Source: a virus
Lineage: Duplodnaviria > Caudoviricetes
Strand: one strand, 5' to 3'
Length of the DNA stretch: 64,000 nucleotides
Virus record (IMG/VR): IMGVR_UViG_3300031993_000004
Location: 160,001-224,000 of that record
How positions within the stretch are numbered: the stretch's first letter is position 1; the number at the start of each line of letters is the position of its first letter. The position numbers and the translations under genes were made by a program. The notes under the pieces were generated by a model. It ran no database searches. It was not told the DNA's origin and saw only the letters and a program-made list of their open reading frames with translations. Below, piece after piece: positions 7,768-18,800 of this stretch.

Positions 7768-10700
7768 ATGGCAAATATATTTGTCTATGAAAGCAGAATG
7801 TGGAAAGCGAGAGAAGAGTTCACCGCGGCAGGTGAATATTCTTTCACACTTCCAGCGGGTGAACATCTATTGATGTGTCATGGCGCTGCAGGCGGTTCCA
7901 CATATAATAATTATCATAATCTCGGCGGTGTTTCATACGGCATCATCAACTTGAATCAAGCTACACCAATGCATGCATATGTTGGTGGTAATGGCGGAGA
8001 TCCAGGTGTAAATGGATATGACATCGGTGATGGCGGTTATAATGGTGGCGGTTCGGGTGGCAGAGCATACTATAATAATGCATCATACAAAGCCGGTGCT
8101 GGTGGTGGTGGAGCATCTGATATTCGTATCCACACACCTGGCGAAATGTCACCTGATGAACCTTACACGCCGACGATTCCATCCGGATACAAACGTGTGG
8201 AATATTTAAATGTAAACAGTGCATATTTCAATACTGGATACATTGCAACAGAAAACACGACGTTTGTTTTTTCTGTTGAATATGAAACGAAGTCGAGTTC
8301 AAACACAGAATATGCGATACTCGGTACACAATCTGGACAGAATACAAATCCTGGTTGGGCCGTGTGGTTAAACTCATATTACGATAATACCCCGAAGATG
8401 GCATCCATCTATGGAACCATGGAATGGGGTTCAGGTGCGTCGGCTGGTGTGTATATGATTCCAACACGTATACCATCAAACACCCGTGCTGTATATCAGG
8501 TTGACAAATGGGGCACGTTCGTAAACGGTCATCCATTGTGTTACAATTCTGACATCACCGGTTCGCCGCAATCAGATCAAACAATCATTTTCTGTTGTGT
8601 AAGACGCGCAAATAGTATCATGTCAGCACGTATATTCAACGGTAAAGCATATTATCTGCGCGCATTTGAATACGAAAATGGTGAACATGTGTTGAAGATG
8701 GAGTTGATTCCGTGTATCCGTTTGTCCGATAATGTATGCGGATTCTATGATACGCAAAACGACACGTTTATCCCACGTATTCAGTACCAAGGTGATGCAT
8801 CACCCGGACCTGCTACAACAGGAACAATGGACAGACCGGTTGTGACTGAACGATACAAGCCTACGATTCCAGATGAATATACACAGCTCGAATATCTTCA
8901 AACCCCGGGTGGAATCTATTTTGATTCCGGTTATAATGCGAATGTAAACACCGCAATTACATTCCGTGATACCATCACCTCTGGTACCAGCAACGAGTGT
9001 ATTTTTGGTACGCAATCCGGAACAAATGTGAATCCAGGATGGGCATGTTGGCAATACATGAATGGATCATATCTTGGATTGGCATCCATTTATGGTACGA
9101 TGAGCTGGAGTGAGTCATACTTGTATTCAACTGGAATCCCGTATGGCTATTCCGCGTTCTATCGTGTTGAAAAAGATCGGACATTCGTGAACTTGAAACA
9201 ACTTTCGAGTTACGAGCCGTCTGGTACACCCGAACCAAATCGTTCATTGTTCATCATGGCCTGTCGACGTGAAAATGGTTTTGCCGGTAATGCTATCACT
9301 GGTAAGCTGTATCACTTCCGAATCTATGAGAAACAAGCTGACGACACATATGAACTGGTACATGAGTTTGTTCCATGCAAACGCGTATCGGACGATGTGA
9401 TCGGTTTGTATGATACAGTGGCAGATCCGGTTTCCGGTGATCATCAGTTCCTTGAACCGATTTCTTCCGGAAATGTGTTGACTGCGGGACCGACAGGAAA
9501 TTTCCCAATCGTTGACTATGACGGTACAGATGTTAGTGGTGCCTCGGGTACAGATCCAGCCGTGTATGCGTCGTTGAACACACGCATTATGGTTGCAGGC
9601 GGTGGTGGTGGCGGACTCCCATGGACCAATAATTCGGTTGAGAACTATCAAGACAATCGTTTGTATTTAAATTATCTCGGATATGCCGGCCTCGGCGGTG
9701 GTATCAATGGTGGATTCCGTGAGATTCGCACAAATGCCACAGTCGATCGCATCTATGCAACACAAGATTCTGGTGCATCTTTTGGCTTCGGTCAAAGTGG
9801 AAGAAATTCTGCTCAAAATAACTACTATGGATACAGTGGTGCATCCGGTGGTGGCGGTGGATGGTTTGGTGGTTATGCTTCAACCAGTACCGCAACATAT
9901 ACCGACGCATCCGGTGGTGGTGGTTCCGGATATGTGTTAACGAGTTCTTCATATATTCCCCAGGATTACATGGAGAATTATCAACCATATCAGATGACAA
10001 AAACGTTCATGGGTGGAGGATATGCAGAATCCGCATGTGTCCGTGTATGCGAACCATGCGAAACACCACATGCTGGTGATGTCATCACCATTTATGGTTT
10101 CGGCAAAAAACAACGTATTGATCTTCCACCTGGACAATATCGTTTAAAATGTTGGGGTGCATGCGGTGGTGGCTACTATAATGCGACATATATCGCACGT
10201 GGTGGCTATGCTGAAGGTGTCTTGACATTAACAACACCAGCTACATTGTATGCATACGTCGGTGGTTCTGGTATGTATCATAATATGATCTCATATGACT
10301 ATACATATCAGATGCGTCCTGATTTAAGTTTCAATGGTGGTGGTGCTGCTACGTTGTACGGACAGCAGACCGCATGTTATTATACAGGATTCCCCGGTGG
10401 TGGTGCATCAGACATTCGAATCAATACAGATTCATTGAATGCACGTGTTATTGTTGCTGGTGGTGCTGCTGGCACTGCTTGTTGTTCTGGTTCAATCCTT
10501 TCAAAAGGCGGCGTTGGTGGTGGTACAACCGGTGGCGAAGGTATATATCCAAACCAACAATCACGAAACTGCTATTTGTCAGGTCCTGGTACACAAACTG
10601 GTGCGGTGCCAGCTGAGCTCGATGCAATCATGGGTGGTTTCGGATATGGCGGAAATTCGTCAGGTGGTGGAACACCATATGTGTCAGCCGGTGGTGGCGG

Positions 10701-11370
10701 TGGATGGTACGGCGGTGGATCATCCGCAAGAATTTACGGAAATAATCAGTCGTACTATACAGGTCCAGCACATGGTGGATCAGGTTATACATTCACCGAA
10801 GGATCATACAAGCCAGACGGGTATTTGTTGTCCGATGATTACAAACTGACAGAACCATTACTTGTTGCTGGTGGTAATGATCTTCCACTCGGTGTATCCA
10901 AGATCGTGATTGAAGTTATCGATACAAAGATCGTTCGTGTCTTGTGTCGTGACCAATATGGAATCAAGTACTACGATGAAGACCTTGGGCGTTGGAAAGT
11001 CATTCTTGATGCAGAGCTGAGTCCTGAGTTGTTCATGGAATATGGTTCATTGAACATGAATTCTGATGAAGGACTCGATGACAACTACGAGCTTTTGATT
11101 TACGATCCGGAAGATACGACTTCAAAGCTCGAAATGAATGTCGTTCCAAATGAACAGACAATCACGAATGAAACAATGACTGATATCACAATACGTGATA
11201 TGTCACAAAAACTTGACTTCGATCCTTCTGTGTATGACATCAACATCACCGCACGTCGTCAAACACTTTCTGTCGGAACGAAGATCACGACAACCTTCAA
11301 AGTGAAAAAGAAGACGCAGACTGATGATACTGCGAAGGTATTTTACGTCACATACTCCGACGGAAATTGA
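7768..11370 (+). CDS. Glycine-rich tail fibre / receptor-binding protein with two ALK/LTK-type glycine-rich domains and two inserted lectin-like repeats
   Basis: Duplicated motifs LPxGxYxLxCxGAxGG, GGGASDIRI, RIxVAGGxxG, GGGGGWxGG. Two ~220-aa repeats begin PTIPxxYxxxEYL and end ExxPCxRxSDxVxGxYDT. Confidence 0.75.
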   Translation: MANIFVYESRMWKAREEFTAAGEYSFTLPAGEHLLMCHGAAGGSTYNNYHNLGGVSYGIINLNQATPMHAYVGGNGGDPGVNGYDIGDGGYNGGGSGGRAYYNNASYKAGAGGGGASDIRIHTPGEMSPDEPYTPTIPSGYKRVEYLNVNSAYFNTGYIATENTTFVFSVEYETKSSSNTEYAILGTQSGQNTNPGWAVWLNSYYDNTPKMASIYGTMEWGSGASAGVYMIPTRIPSNTRAVYQVDKWGTFVNGHPLCYNSDITGSPQSDQTIIFCCVRRANSIMSARIFNGKAYYLRAFEYENGEHVLKMELIPCIRLSDNVCGFYDTQNDTFIPRIQYQGDASPGPATTGTMDRPVVTERYKPTIPDEYTQLEYLQTPGGIYFDSGYNANVNTAITFRDTITSGTSNECIFGTQSGTNVNPGWACWQYMNGSYLGLASIYGTMSWSESYLYSTGIPYGYSAFYRVEKDRTFVNLKQLSSYEPSGTPEPNRSLFIMACRRENGFAGNAITGKLYHFRIYEKQADDTYELVHEFVPCKRVSDDVIGLYDTVADPVSGDHQFLEPISSGNVLTAGPTGNFPIVDYDGTDVSGASGTDPAVYASLNTRIMVAGGGGGGLPWTNNSVENYQDNRLYLNYLGYAGLGGGINGGFREIRTNATVDRIYATQDSGASFGFGQSGRNSAQNNYYGYSGASGGGGGWFGGYASTSTATYTDASGGGGSGYVLTSSSYIPQDYMENYQPYQMTKTFMGGGYAESACVRVCEPCETPHAGDVITIYGFGKKQRIDLPPGQYRLKCWGACGGGYYNATYIARGGYAEGVLTLTTPATLYAYVGGSGMYHNMISYDYTYQMRPDLSFNGGGAATLYGQQTACYYTGFPGGGASDIRINTDSLNARVIVAGGAAGTACCSGSILSKGGVGGGTTGGEGIYPNQQSRNCYLSGPGTQTGAVPAELDAIMGGFGYGGNSSGGGTPYVSAGGGGGWYGGGSSARIYGNNQSYYTGPAHGGSGYTFTEGSYKPDGYLLSDDYKLTEPLLVAGGNDLPLGVSKIVIEVIDTKIVRVLCRDQYGIKYYDEDLGRWKVILDAELSPELFMEYGSLNMNSDEGLDDNYELLIYDPEDTTSKLEMNVVPNEQTITNETMTDITIRDMSQKLDFDPSVYDINITARRQTLSVGTKITTTFKVKKKTQTDDTAKVFYVTYSDGN

Positions 11371-11384
11371 GGAGGTGAAAGCAC

Positions 11385-12641
11385 ATGAGTGAGCATTTGC
11401 TCCCTGTAAAGACCGGAAACGAACAGTTTCCGGTCACATACAGGAACATTGGATATGGTGTCGATAGCTATTATTGCGGAATCACGTATGAACACAATGC
11501 CATGTTGTTCTGTTTAAAACAAAACCATTACAACTCAAACCAGTCTGCGACATACAACGGTAAGGCATTTATTGACGTCATCAATCTGTTTACTGGTGAT
11601 ATACGTCATTATGCGGAACTTGATTACTTCACTGATCTGGACCAATCAGATATTGGTGGTATTGTCGTCGATGATAATTATTTATATATATCCAACGCAT
11701 GGACCAATACAGACAGTTATCGCCGTATATTCATATTCAAGTTGAAAGATTGGAGTAGCCCATCGTTACAGCTTGAACGTGTTGGTGCCTATAAATATAG
11801 CGGTGGTTATTATGCTGCCACTGGAAAACTGATTCAGTGTGATAGAAACACATTGGTCTCAATGACACGAACAGATCTGATATTATTCGATATCAATCAC
11901 CGTGCATATATCCCGTATGCACATGGGTTTGGTAATGATATCCGCGATTATGCTGTTGGAAACAAGTATATCGTGATAACAAAAGATGCCAATTCAACGC
12001 CAAATGTCAGATTGTTTAATCGATCGACGAAAGAATTCACATCAGTATCGTTACCAACAACAGGTGTTGCCAGTGTCGGTTATTACGGCGGAAAGTATTT
12101 CTTTGCCAATGCAAATTATTTGTACATCATGGATGAAGAAACACTTGAAATTTTGACGACAAAGAATATTCCGTGGACAAAAGCCGCGGATCTCTGTGTA
12201 TCTGATCATGCAGTATATGTCATTCAAGATAATTCCGCATATGCGTACATCTATGATTATGAGCATGATGAAACGCAGAAGTTCATGCTTTCATGGACGA
12301 TTCCGACCACGAACACCAGTAACATTACACGATGCTGTGTTTCAGAGAACTTCTGGTTTATTTACCGGAACACACTGATGTCATGTGACTATTCCGGATA
12401 TTCAAAATACAACTTTGGATACAAGTATGAATCCATCGTTGTATTGTGTAACATCTCACAAATCCAGAAGTTCACATACGACTCAAGGTTCGTCACGTTT
12501 ACGGAAACATTTATGTTCGTACATGACGGAGATCTCGAATATACATTCGAACCCGTTGAAGATCAGGAACATATCAAATCCGTTTCGATTTCGAAATCGG
12601 ATTATCGTTTCATAAATAGCATTCAATTCAAATCAGAATGA
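11385..12641 (+). CDS. Tail-associated beta-rich (propeller-like) protein
   Basis: Aromatic/Asn-rich repeated short beta strands; located in the tail fibre operon; RBS GGAGGTG. Confidence 0.55.
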   Translation: MSEHLLPVKTGNEQFPVTYRNIGYGVDSYYCGITYEHNAMLFCLKQNHYNSNQSATYNGKAFIDVINLFTGDIRHYAELDYFTDLDQSDIGGIVVDDNYLYISNAWTNTDSYRRIFIFKLKDWSSPSLQLERVGAYKYSGGYYAATGKLIQCDRNTLVSMTRTDLILFDINHRAYIPYAHGFGNDIRDYAVGNKYIVITKDANSTPNVRLFNRSTKEFTSVSLPTTGVASVGYYGGKYFFANANYLYIMDEETLEILTTKNIPWTKAADLCVSDHAVYVIQDNSAYAYIYDYEHDETQKFMLSWTIPTTNTSNITRCCVSENFWFIYRNTLMSCDYSGYSKYNFGYKYESIVVLCNISQIQKFTYDSRFVTFTETFMFVHDGDLEYTFEPVEDQEHIKSVSISKSDYRFINSIQFKSE

Positions 12642-12655
12642 AAGGAGATGATAAT

Positions 12656-15280
12656 ATGCATGGAGAACAGTTGGATCCCAAGTTTCAACGTGCAATGGAA
12701 TTTGCAAAGAATTTCAAGCAAAAGCACCGTGGAACGAGTATATCCAATATGTATGTGATTCAAGCGATTGATCGTGACGGAAACGTCGTTGACGAAAAGT
12801 ATGGTATGAACCTTATGACAAACTATGGTATGACACAATATTTTGTCACCGCATCATCAGCGTTTCCAACCAACCTTTACATTGGAAACGGTTCTGGTAC
12901 GTTCAATCACACAACAAATACACTGTTAAGTCCAATTACTACAACCGCCGCATCAATCAAAAGTACAACAAAGTCATATGCATATCCTGTATATTATGAC
13001 CCAATCGAAGGCATCGTAACAACGGTTGTGAAATATATAGACGTGTATTTCAATTATTCGGTAACTGGAATCGATGGTCCTGTTGATATTTCCGAATATG
13101 GCATTGGTACCGCTCACAATCTGTTGTGGACACATTCATGGGTTTACAACTCTGCTGGTCAGAAAGACACCGTTCGAAAAGACTTGAATACACGTTTGGA
13201 CATTACCGTGTACATGTGTATGTCCTTCTCAACATCATTGATTGAAGATGCTTGGGCTGAAGGCAAGTGTATTTGTATCACGAACCCATCCAGATTCTTC
13301 AATCGTTCTGGTGTGACAATGAACGAATCGAATCTGTACACGTTCAGACGATTCGATTACTATGACAGAACCAAGACCCATACAACTGGTTATGCTGACA
13401 ATGTTCAGACAATCACGTCGAATATGGGTGCGTTTACTCTGTTGCCACCCGACATGTCGGATACAAGTGCGAATGTGTATGTCGACGGATTCATCTCGTG
13501 GAATGCGGGTCTTAATATGATGGAACGTGGATTTATGCCAACTCCTATCGCGTTTGATCGTGTTGGAAAACCGGATTCTACGTATATTGATAGACCCGAT
13601 GGTTTCACATTTGCGTTCGGTGCAACTGGTTGCAACATTCCATTTACACAAGCTGACATCACCGCGTCTTATACGTACAACTATAAGACTGGTCAGTATA
13701 CGTGTCCAGACCATTTTGTGAATGATGCACGGAAATGGTACAATGAGATGTCGTTTGATCTGAACTTTGCTACAACTGCAAGATTCACAAACAACAACGA
13801 AGTCGTTGACATTAAGCTGTTCCGCAATTTGAATACAGAAGACCCGATTATCGCAATTGATTCCGCCAATACGACAGTGTATGCAACAGATACGTATTGG
13901 AGCACGGCATCTTGGGTTCGCATCGAGGACCTGTCTGCTGTTCCGGCGGCAGTACAGAACAAACGGTACTGGTTGACAACTGACGACGTCGCAATTTCAC
14001 CGGTGCGCGGTCTTCCATATTTCGAATTCCTTGCATCTGATGGCGTGACACATGCTCCGACATTGCAATTCCGTGCTGCGGATTACACGATGGCATATAA
14101 ACGCTCGACATTCGACCGCGGACCACAAAAGAAGTGGTTCGTCCTTGGCAACAGGATTTACATTGCCGCGCGTGGTGACCTGGTTGTCCAATCAACCGGA
14201 CCATATGCGATCGGGTACAATAACCTTGTGATGCATTATGATCGGGAAGGAACGGCGACATCATTCTATCAGACTGATGTGACGGAACTTCCGACACCAA
14301 CACCTGTTCAGGTTTCAACAACGGGTTCATTGAATTTCCGTTATGCACATATCACAGAATCTGAAAACGGGTATGCAATCGCAGCTGCTTCGAACAATTC
14401 GAACATCACACTCAAATTTGATTTGACTGGTGCTTCAATTGTTCAAACGCAACTGACGAACACGATTGATGCTATTTGCATTCCGAGATCTCAGTATTAC
14501 GCATATATCGAAGATGCGAATCCGCGTCGTATTTTCGTCAAGAAATTGTCTGATGATACTACCATCAAACAATTGGATTTGCGTTCTGATTATGCTGCTC
14601 CGATCTTCTTGTTTGGTTGGCGAAATTATCTGTATATCACGGATACGGCAAACTATGTGTATCTGTATGATATCTCACAGGATGTTCTGACGGAACTTGA
14701 TACCCTGATTCCTGGGTCTGCATACAACAGAAGCAACCGTGGCAGTAGCAATGATCATGCGTTTATGGCGACAAGTAACAATGGATTGGTTCTGTACAAG
14801 GGTGCAATGAATAACGGTTATGATGATACATTCATTATCACGTACGATAATCCAACTGTGATTCATTCACTTGCTGGTATGACCGATGGAGGATTGGGTT
14901 CTAAGAAGAACGCTTGTATCGATCTGATCGATGTAAACACGGATTCATTGCTGATGGTACGCCAGTGTACAACATCTTCATCAAGTACATACTATTCTGC
15001 ATTTGTTGCAACTGATATCGGAAAGTATATTCGTGAACAAGTTGTCGAGGGCATCTATAAGGGCGGCAATAACCGTTATCCGTTTGCATTGTTCGGTGAG
15101 TTCTATGTGTGTGACAACCGGACATTCCATGTTGGAAATTTGATGCATCACAGACTGGTTGGTACAACACGTTGTATCACGACTGCGAATGGTCAGAAGA
15201 ATATTTCTAACAAACGATGGACATTGTCCGTCACAAACCTGGGTGGTTATTCCGGTCTCCCACCTGGGACTCGTCAGTGA
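12656..15280 (+). CDS. Tail fibre/baseplate-attached structural protein (paralog of 15826..19368)
   Basis: N-terminal NMYVIQAIDRDGNVVDEKYGMNLMTNYG and C-terminal LVGTTRCITTANGQKNI are matched in the downstream paralog. RBS AAGGAG. Confidence 0.65.
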   Translation: MHGEQLDPKFQRAMEFAKNFKQKHRGTSISNMYVIQAIDRDGNVVDEKYGMNLMTNYGMTQYFVTASSAFPTNLYIGNGSGTFNHTTNTLLSPITTTAASIKSTTKSYAYPVYYDPIEGIVTTVVKYIDVYFNYSVTGIDGPVDISEYGIGTAHNLLWTHSWVYNSAGQKDTVRKDLNTRLDITVYMCMSFSTSLIEDAWAEGKCICITNPSRFFNRSGVTMNESNLYTFRRFDYYDRTKTHTTGYADNVQTITSNMGAFTLLPPDMSDTSANVYVDGFISWNAGLNMMERGFMPTPIAFDRVGKPDSTYIDRPDGFTFAFGATGCNIPFTQADITASYTYNYKTGQYTCPDHFVNDARKWYNEMSFDLNFATTARFTNNNEVVDIKLFRNLNTEDPIIAIDSANTTVYATDTYWSTASWVRIEDLSAVPAAVQNKRYWLTTDDVAISPVRGLPYFEFLASDGVTHAPTLQFRAADYTMAYKRSTFDRGPQKKWFVLGNRIYIAARGDLVVQSTGPYAIGYNNLVMHYDREGTATSFYQTDVTELPTPTPVQVSTTGSLNFRYAHITESENGYAIAAASNNSNITLKFDLTGASIVQTQLTNTIDAICIPRSQYYAYIEDANPRRIFVKKLSDDTTIKQLDLRSDYAAPIFLFGWRNYLYITDTANYVYLYDISQDVLTELDTLIPGSAYNRSNRGSSNDHAFMATSNNGLVLYKGAMNNGYDDTFIITYDNPTVIHSLAGMTDGGLGSKKNACIDLIDVNTDSLLMVRQCTTSSSSTYYSAFVATDIGKYIREQVVEGIYKGGNNRYPFALFGEFYVCDNRTFHVGNLMHHRLVGTTRCITTANGQKNISNKRWTLSVTNLGGYSGLPPGTRQ

Positions 15281-15291
15281 GGTGAGTTTCA

Positions 15292-15804
15292 ATGTCAGGA
15301 ATTCATAAATCACGAGAAGTATACAAGTATACACCGACACGAAGCGGTAGAAAACTTGTACCCGTACGAGGATTATATGTATCGGGACTCCACACGGAGC
15401 CCCGATATATGGATCACTGGTTGGAAGTTGCTGGTTATACATCCAATGACGGTGACATTGTCGATTACACTGAAATCGCAGTTGATAAGTATATTCCAAC
15501 ACACACGGTTATTGGTATTGAGTCGGCTCCGATTGATGTCGTTGATTATACAACATCCGAAAGAAATGCGTTAATTTATACACACTCAGTCATCGGTGTT
15601 GAAAGTGACTCGGTCGACATAGTCGAATACACAACATCAAAACCAAGCGCATATATTCCGGCACATACAATACTGCACGTTGAGAGTGGCGGTGATCCAA
15701 CAGTTATCGATTATTCCCAACTGCGAATTGATTCATCGATGGAGCATATCCTGACAATCAACGGATATACTTCATCTGAATGTATCATCGCAGATGTAAC
15801 CTAA
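15292..15804 (+). CDS. Small protein with ~26-aa tandem repeats
   Basis: D(I/V)V(D/E)YT...YIxxH(T/S)VIG(I/V)ES repeated about four times. Confidence 0.7.
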   Translation: MSGIHKSREVYKYTPTRSGRKLVPVRGLYVSGLHTEPRYMDHWLEVAGYTSNDGDIVDYTEIAVDKYIPTHTVIGIESAPIDVVDYTTSERNALIYTHSVIGVESDSVDIVEYTTSKPSAYIPAHTILHVESGGDPTVIDYSQLRIDSSMEHILTINGYTSSECIIADVT

Positions 15805-15825
15805 TAAAGAAAGGGTGATAATGAC

Positions 15826-18800
15826 ATGAATGAAATTACACAACGCACCGGCTCGATCTTTGATGAGCATCCGCAGTTGCGAACATTCCGTGAAAATTTC
15901 ATGAAACACCATCCGGATGTAAACTTTGATGCGAAGAATTTGTATGTGATTCAATCATTCAACCAAGATGGTGAACTGACTGATGAACATTACGGATTGA
16001 ATCTGATCACCGATGGTGGTCTTACTGCGATGAATGCAAACACCAACAACACCAACGGAAAACTTGCACTTTTGGAAGGTGTTGAAGAAGCTTCGTCTGT
16101 GTTGGAATATGCTTTTCCAACATATACTGCAATAATCAATAACACGTCAACTGACACCGCTAATTCTGTGTATCCTATGGCGTATGATTCGACAACAGGG
16201 ATTGTAACGCAACATGCATCCAAAACAAAATGGATATATGATTACAATATCGATGGTATCACAAGAGACATCGAAGTGAATTGTATCATATATTATTACA
16301 CTGGCACAGGTGCCGGCGGCTTCAACAATACCCCGGTCGCAAAGGTCACAACGTATGATGTGAACGGTCTGCCAGCATCATTCACCAAACATCTGAATGA
16401 AAAGATGGTCATCACGCTTTATATTGTGAATTCTTTTCATGAGGATTTGATTGATGATGCTTATGACCAAGGTATCTACATTACAATGAATCCTGGTAGA
16501 ATCGCGGGAATAGGCTCTGGATCAAATATATGGGCTAAACAGTGGATGTGTTGGAGTTCCCTTTACACCGCTTATGATGCGACGGACAACAGTGCATATA
16601 CCAAAACATATACGTCATTGAGTAATTTGTCATATTATTCGGAATCAAAGTATATGCAACAGAACGGCGAGATGACTGATTCCAATTACTCAGGTTGGAC
16701 ACTCATGACAGATCCGAGATGTTTCTACAGTAGATCAATGCTCAGGTTTGGAAACTGGTATTCATCCGGATTCAGTGATGGAGGTGTAATACATATCACT
16801 GAAGAGATGAAACTTGCCACCCCGGAAGAGATCGTGTGCGATACTGTATATACGAATAACTCAGAAACAGGATCACTGTCAAACACATTCGGTTTATGTG
16901 CGTTCGCTGTCGAGTATTGCCAAGGAATGATCCCTGTCGCAGATTTTTCAATATCAGCAGTAAAGGGCTACAATTATACGACACATGCTTGGGATATCGA
17001 TATCTCGTTCATTGATGAGCCTGATGCTTATTATGACAATCCATTTTGTCAGTCTAGACTGAATGTCGGTATAAGTGGAGCGACTCCACAGTGGGACAAT
17101 TATGTGTACACAAACCCGCGTGCAAAAACAATCACTGGACGACCACCTGCCGTACCTGTAACTGCTCTTGCGCCCACTGCTTCAAAAGTGTATACAATGT
17201 ATGCCACTGATAAATGGTGGGATGTAAGTTCATGGGAGCTGATTGCAAACAGAAATGCCATTCCGCAATCGCTCCAGAATAAGAAGTATTTCATCTCATC
17301 TGGTGGTGACAATGATACCCTGATACCAACATATGATCAGGCGGTTCATCGTTTGAACGTCGGTACGGAACATACCGTGCTGAATACACCGGCGGCACCA
17401 TATTGGGTACAAGGATTCAGACCCATTATCAACAAAGATGATGGATGGATTCTTGTTCAGGATCATATCCTGTTCATGAACGGTAACGATGTTGCTGCAT
17501 CGTATCGTCTTCATGGTCCTGAGATGGTTCCATGGATGTATTATAGTACAAGATGGGAATACGCATATCAGAATCTGTATGTGTATGATGGTACGGATTA
17601 TGTGTTGAACACAAGTCCAACGTATAACTCCAGAACGACGTATTATATTGATGGACTCGACGAGTATACGATTCGGTATAATGTCGGAAATAAACTGCTC
17701 GTTGGCTCTCATGTTGGAACATACAACACCGGGTATCCAACGAAGCTTCGCTTGTATACAATCATTGATGCGTCTACTCCACCAACATACATTGACATCA
17801 CGGTTGATACAAACACGACTAACCGCCAGTATTTCTCTATGTATTCTGGTTCTCAGAGTGGATACTATGTCATTCAGGATCAGCAGACACATTGTGCGAA
17901 TATCATATCTCTTGCAGATGGTTCTGTTGTGAAGCTTGAGAATGTCATGTACTGCTTCGCCGTCGAGTATTCGAATTATTGTGTGTACATGGATTACAAT
18001 TCAAGCCCAATCATGTTCCATGTATACGACATGACGACGAATACAATCAGGAGTGACATCATATTGCCGTCGGAATATGCAAACATTGTGTACATGTGTG
18101 GCTGGCGTGATTACGTGTACATCAAATCGACATCCGGTACGTCGTCTTATGTTAACATCATTAATGTTGAAGATGGTTCTATCAACCTGAGTAGCGTTGT
18201 AATTCCAAACGTGTTCCCATCATTGACATATAACTCCGGTAGTGCAGTTGCCAACGCATGGAGACTCAACATGCTTGTCGGTCAGATGTATACAGAAGAA
18301 TGCATGATCATTTCACAACCGTGGCAAGGATCGAATTCTCCAATTGTAATCAAATATTCTGACCCTGAAACTACATTTGATTTGTTCAAAAACGGTTATC
18401 TGAATGAACGACCGATTGATGCATATTTCGAACGTAATAACTACAATGGAAAATCGGGTAGCCTTGTGTCATATATCGTACATGATGAGCAATCCATTTC
18501 CCAATCAAAGTTGTTGCTGGTGAATGCTTTGGGTACACAGGTTGGATACCAATCTGCAACGTCCAAGGAGTACTGGATATACGATTCGTCTGAATTCTAT
18601 CCGTCCGTGTTGGATATTGGTCTTGCAATCGATTCTGGTTCTCCAACGAATCTGTGCCGTTTTCACGGCATGAAAACCACGGATGCAACTTATTCTCACG
18701 GCGCACTTGTGTACTGGAACAACGGCATCATCCGAATTGATAAGAATGGCGATGGGGTGTGGCGTCCGTTGCAATGGTTCATTGCTTCACAGGTAACTGG

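Noticed and set aside
8161-9510. Possible diversity-generating retroelement repeats in the fibre gene
   Set aside because: The repeats differ at all base types rather than only adenines, and no reverse transcriptase is present in the window.
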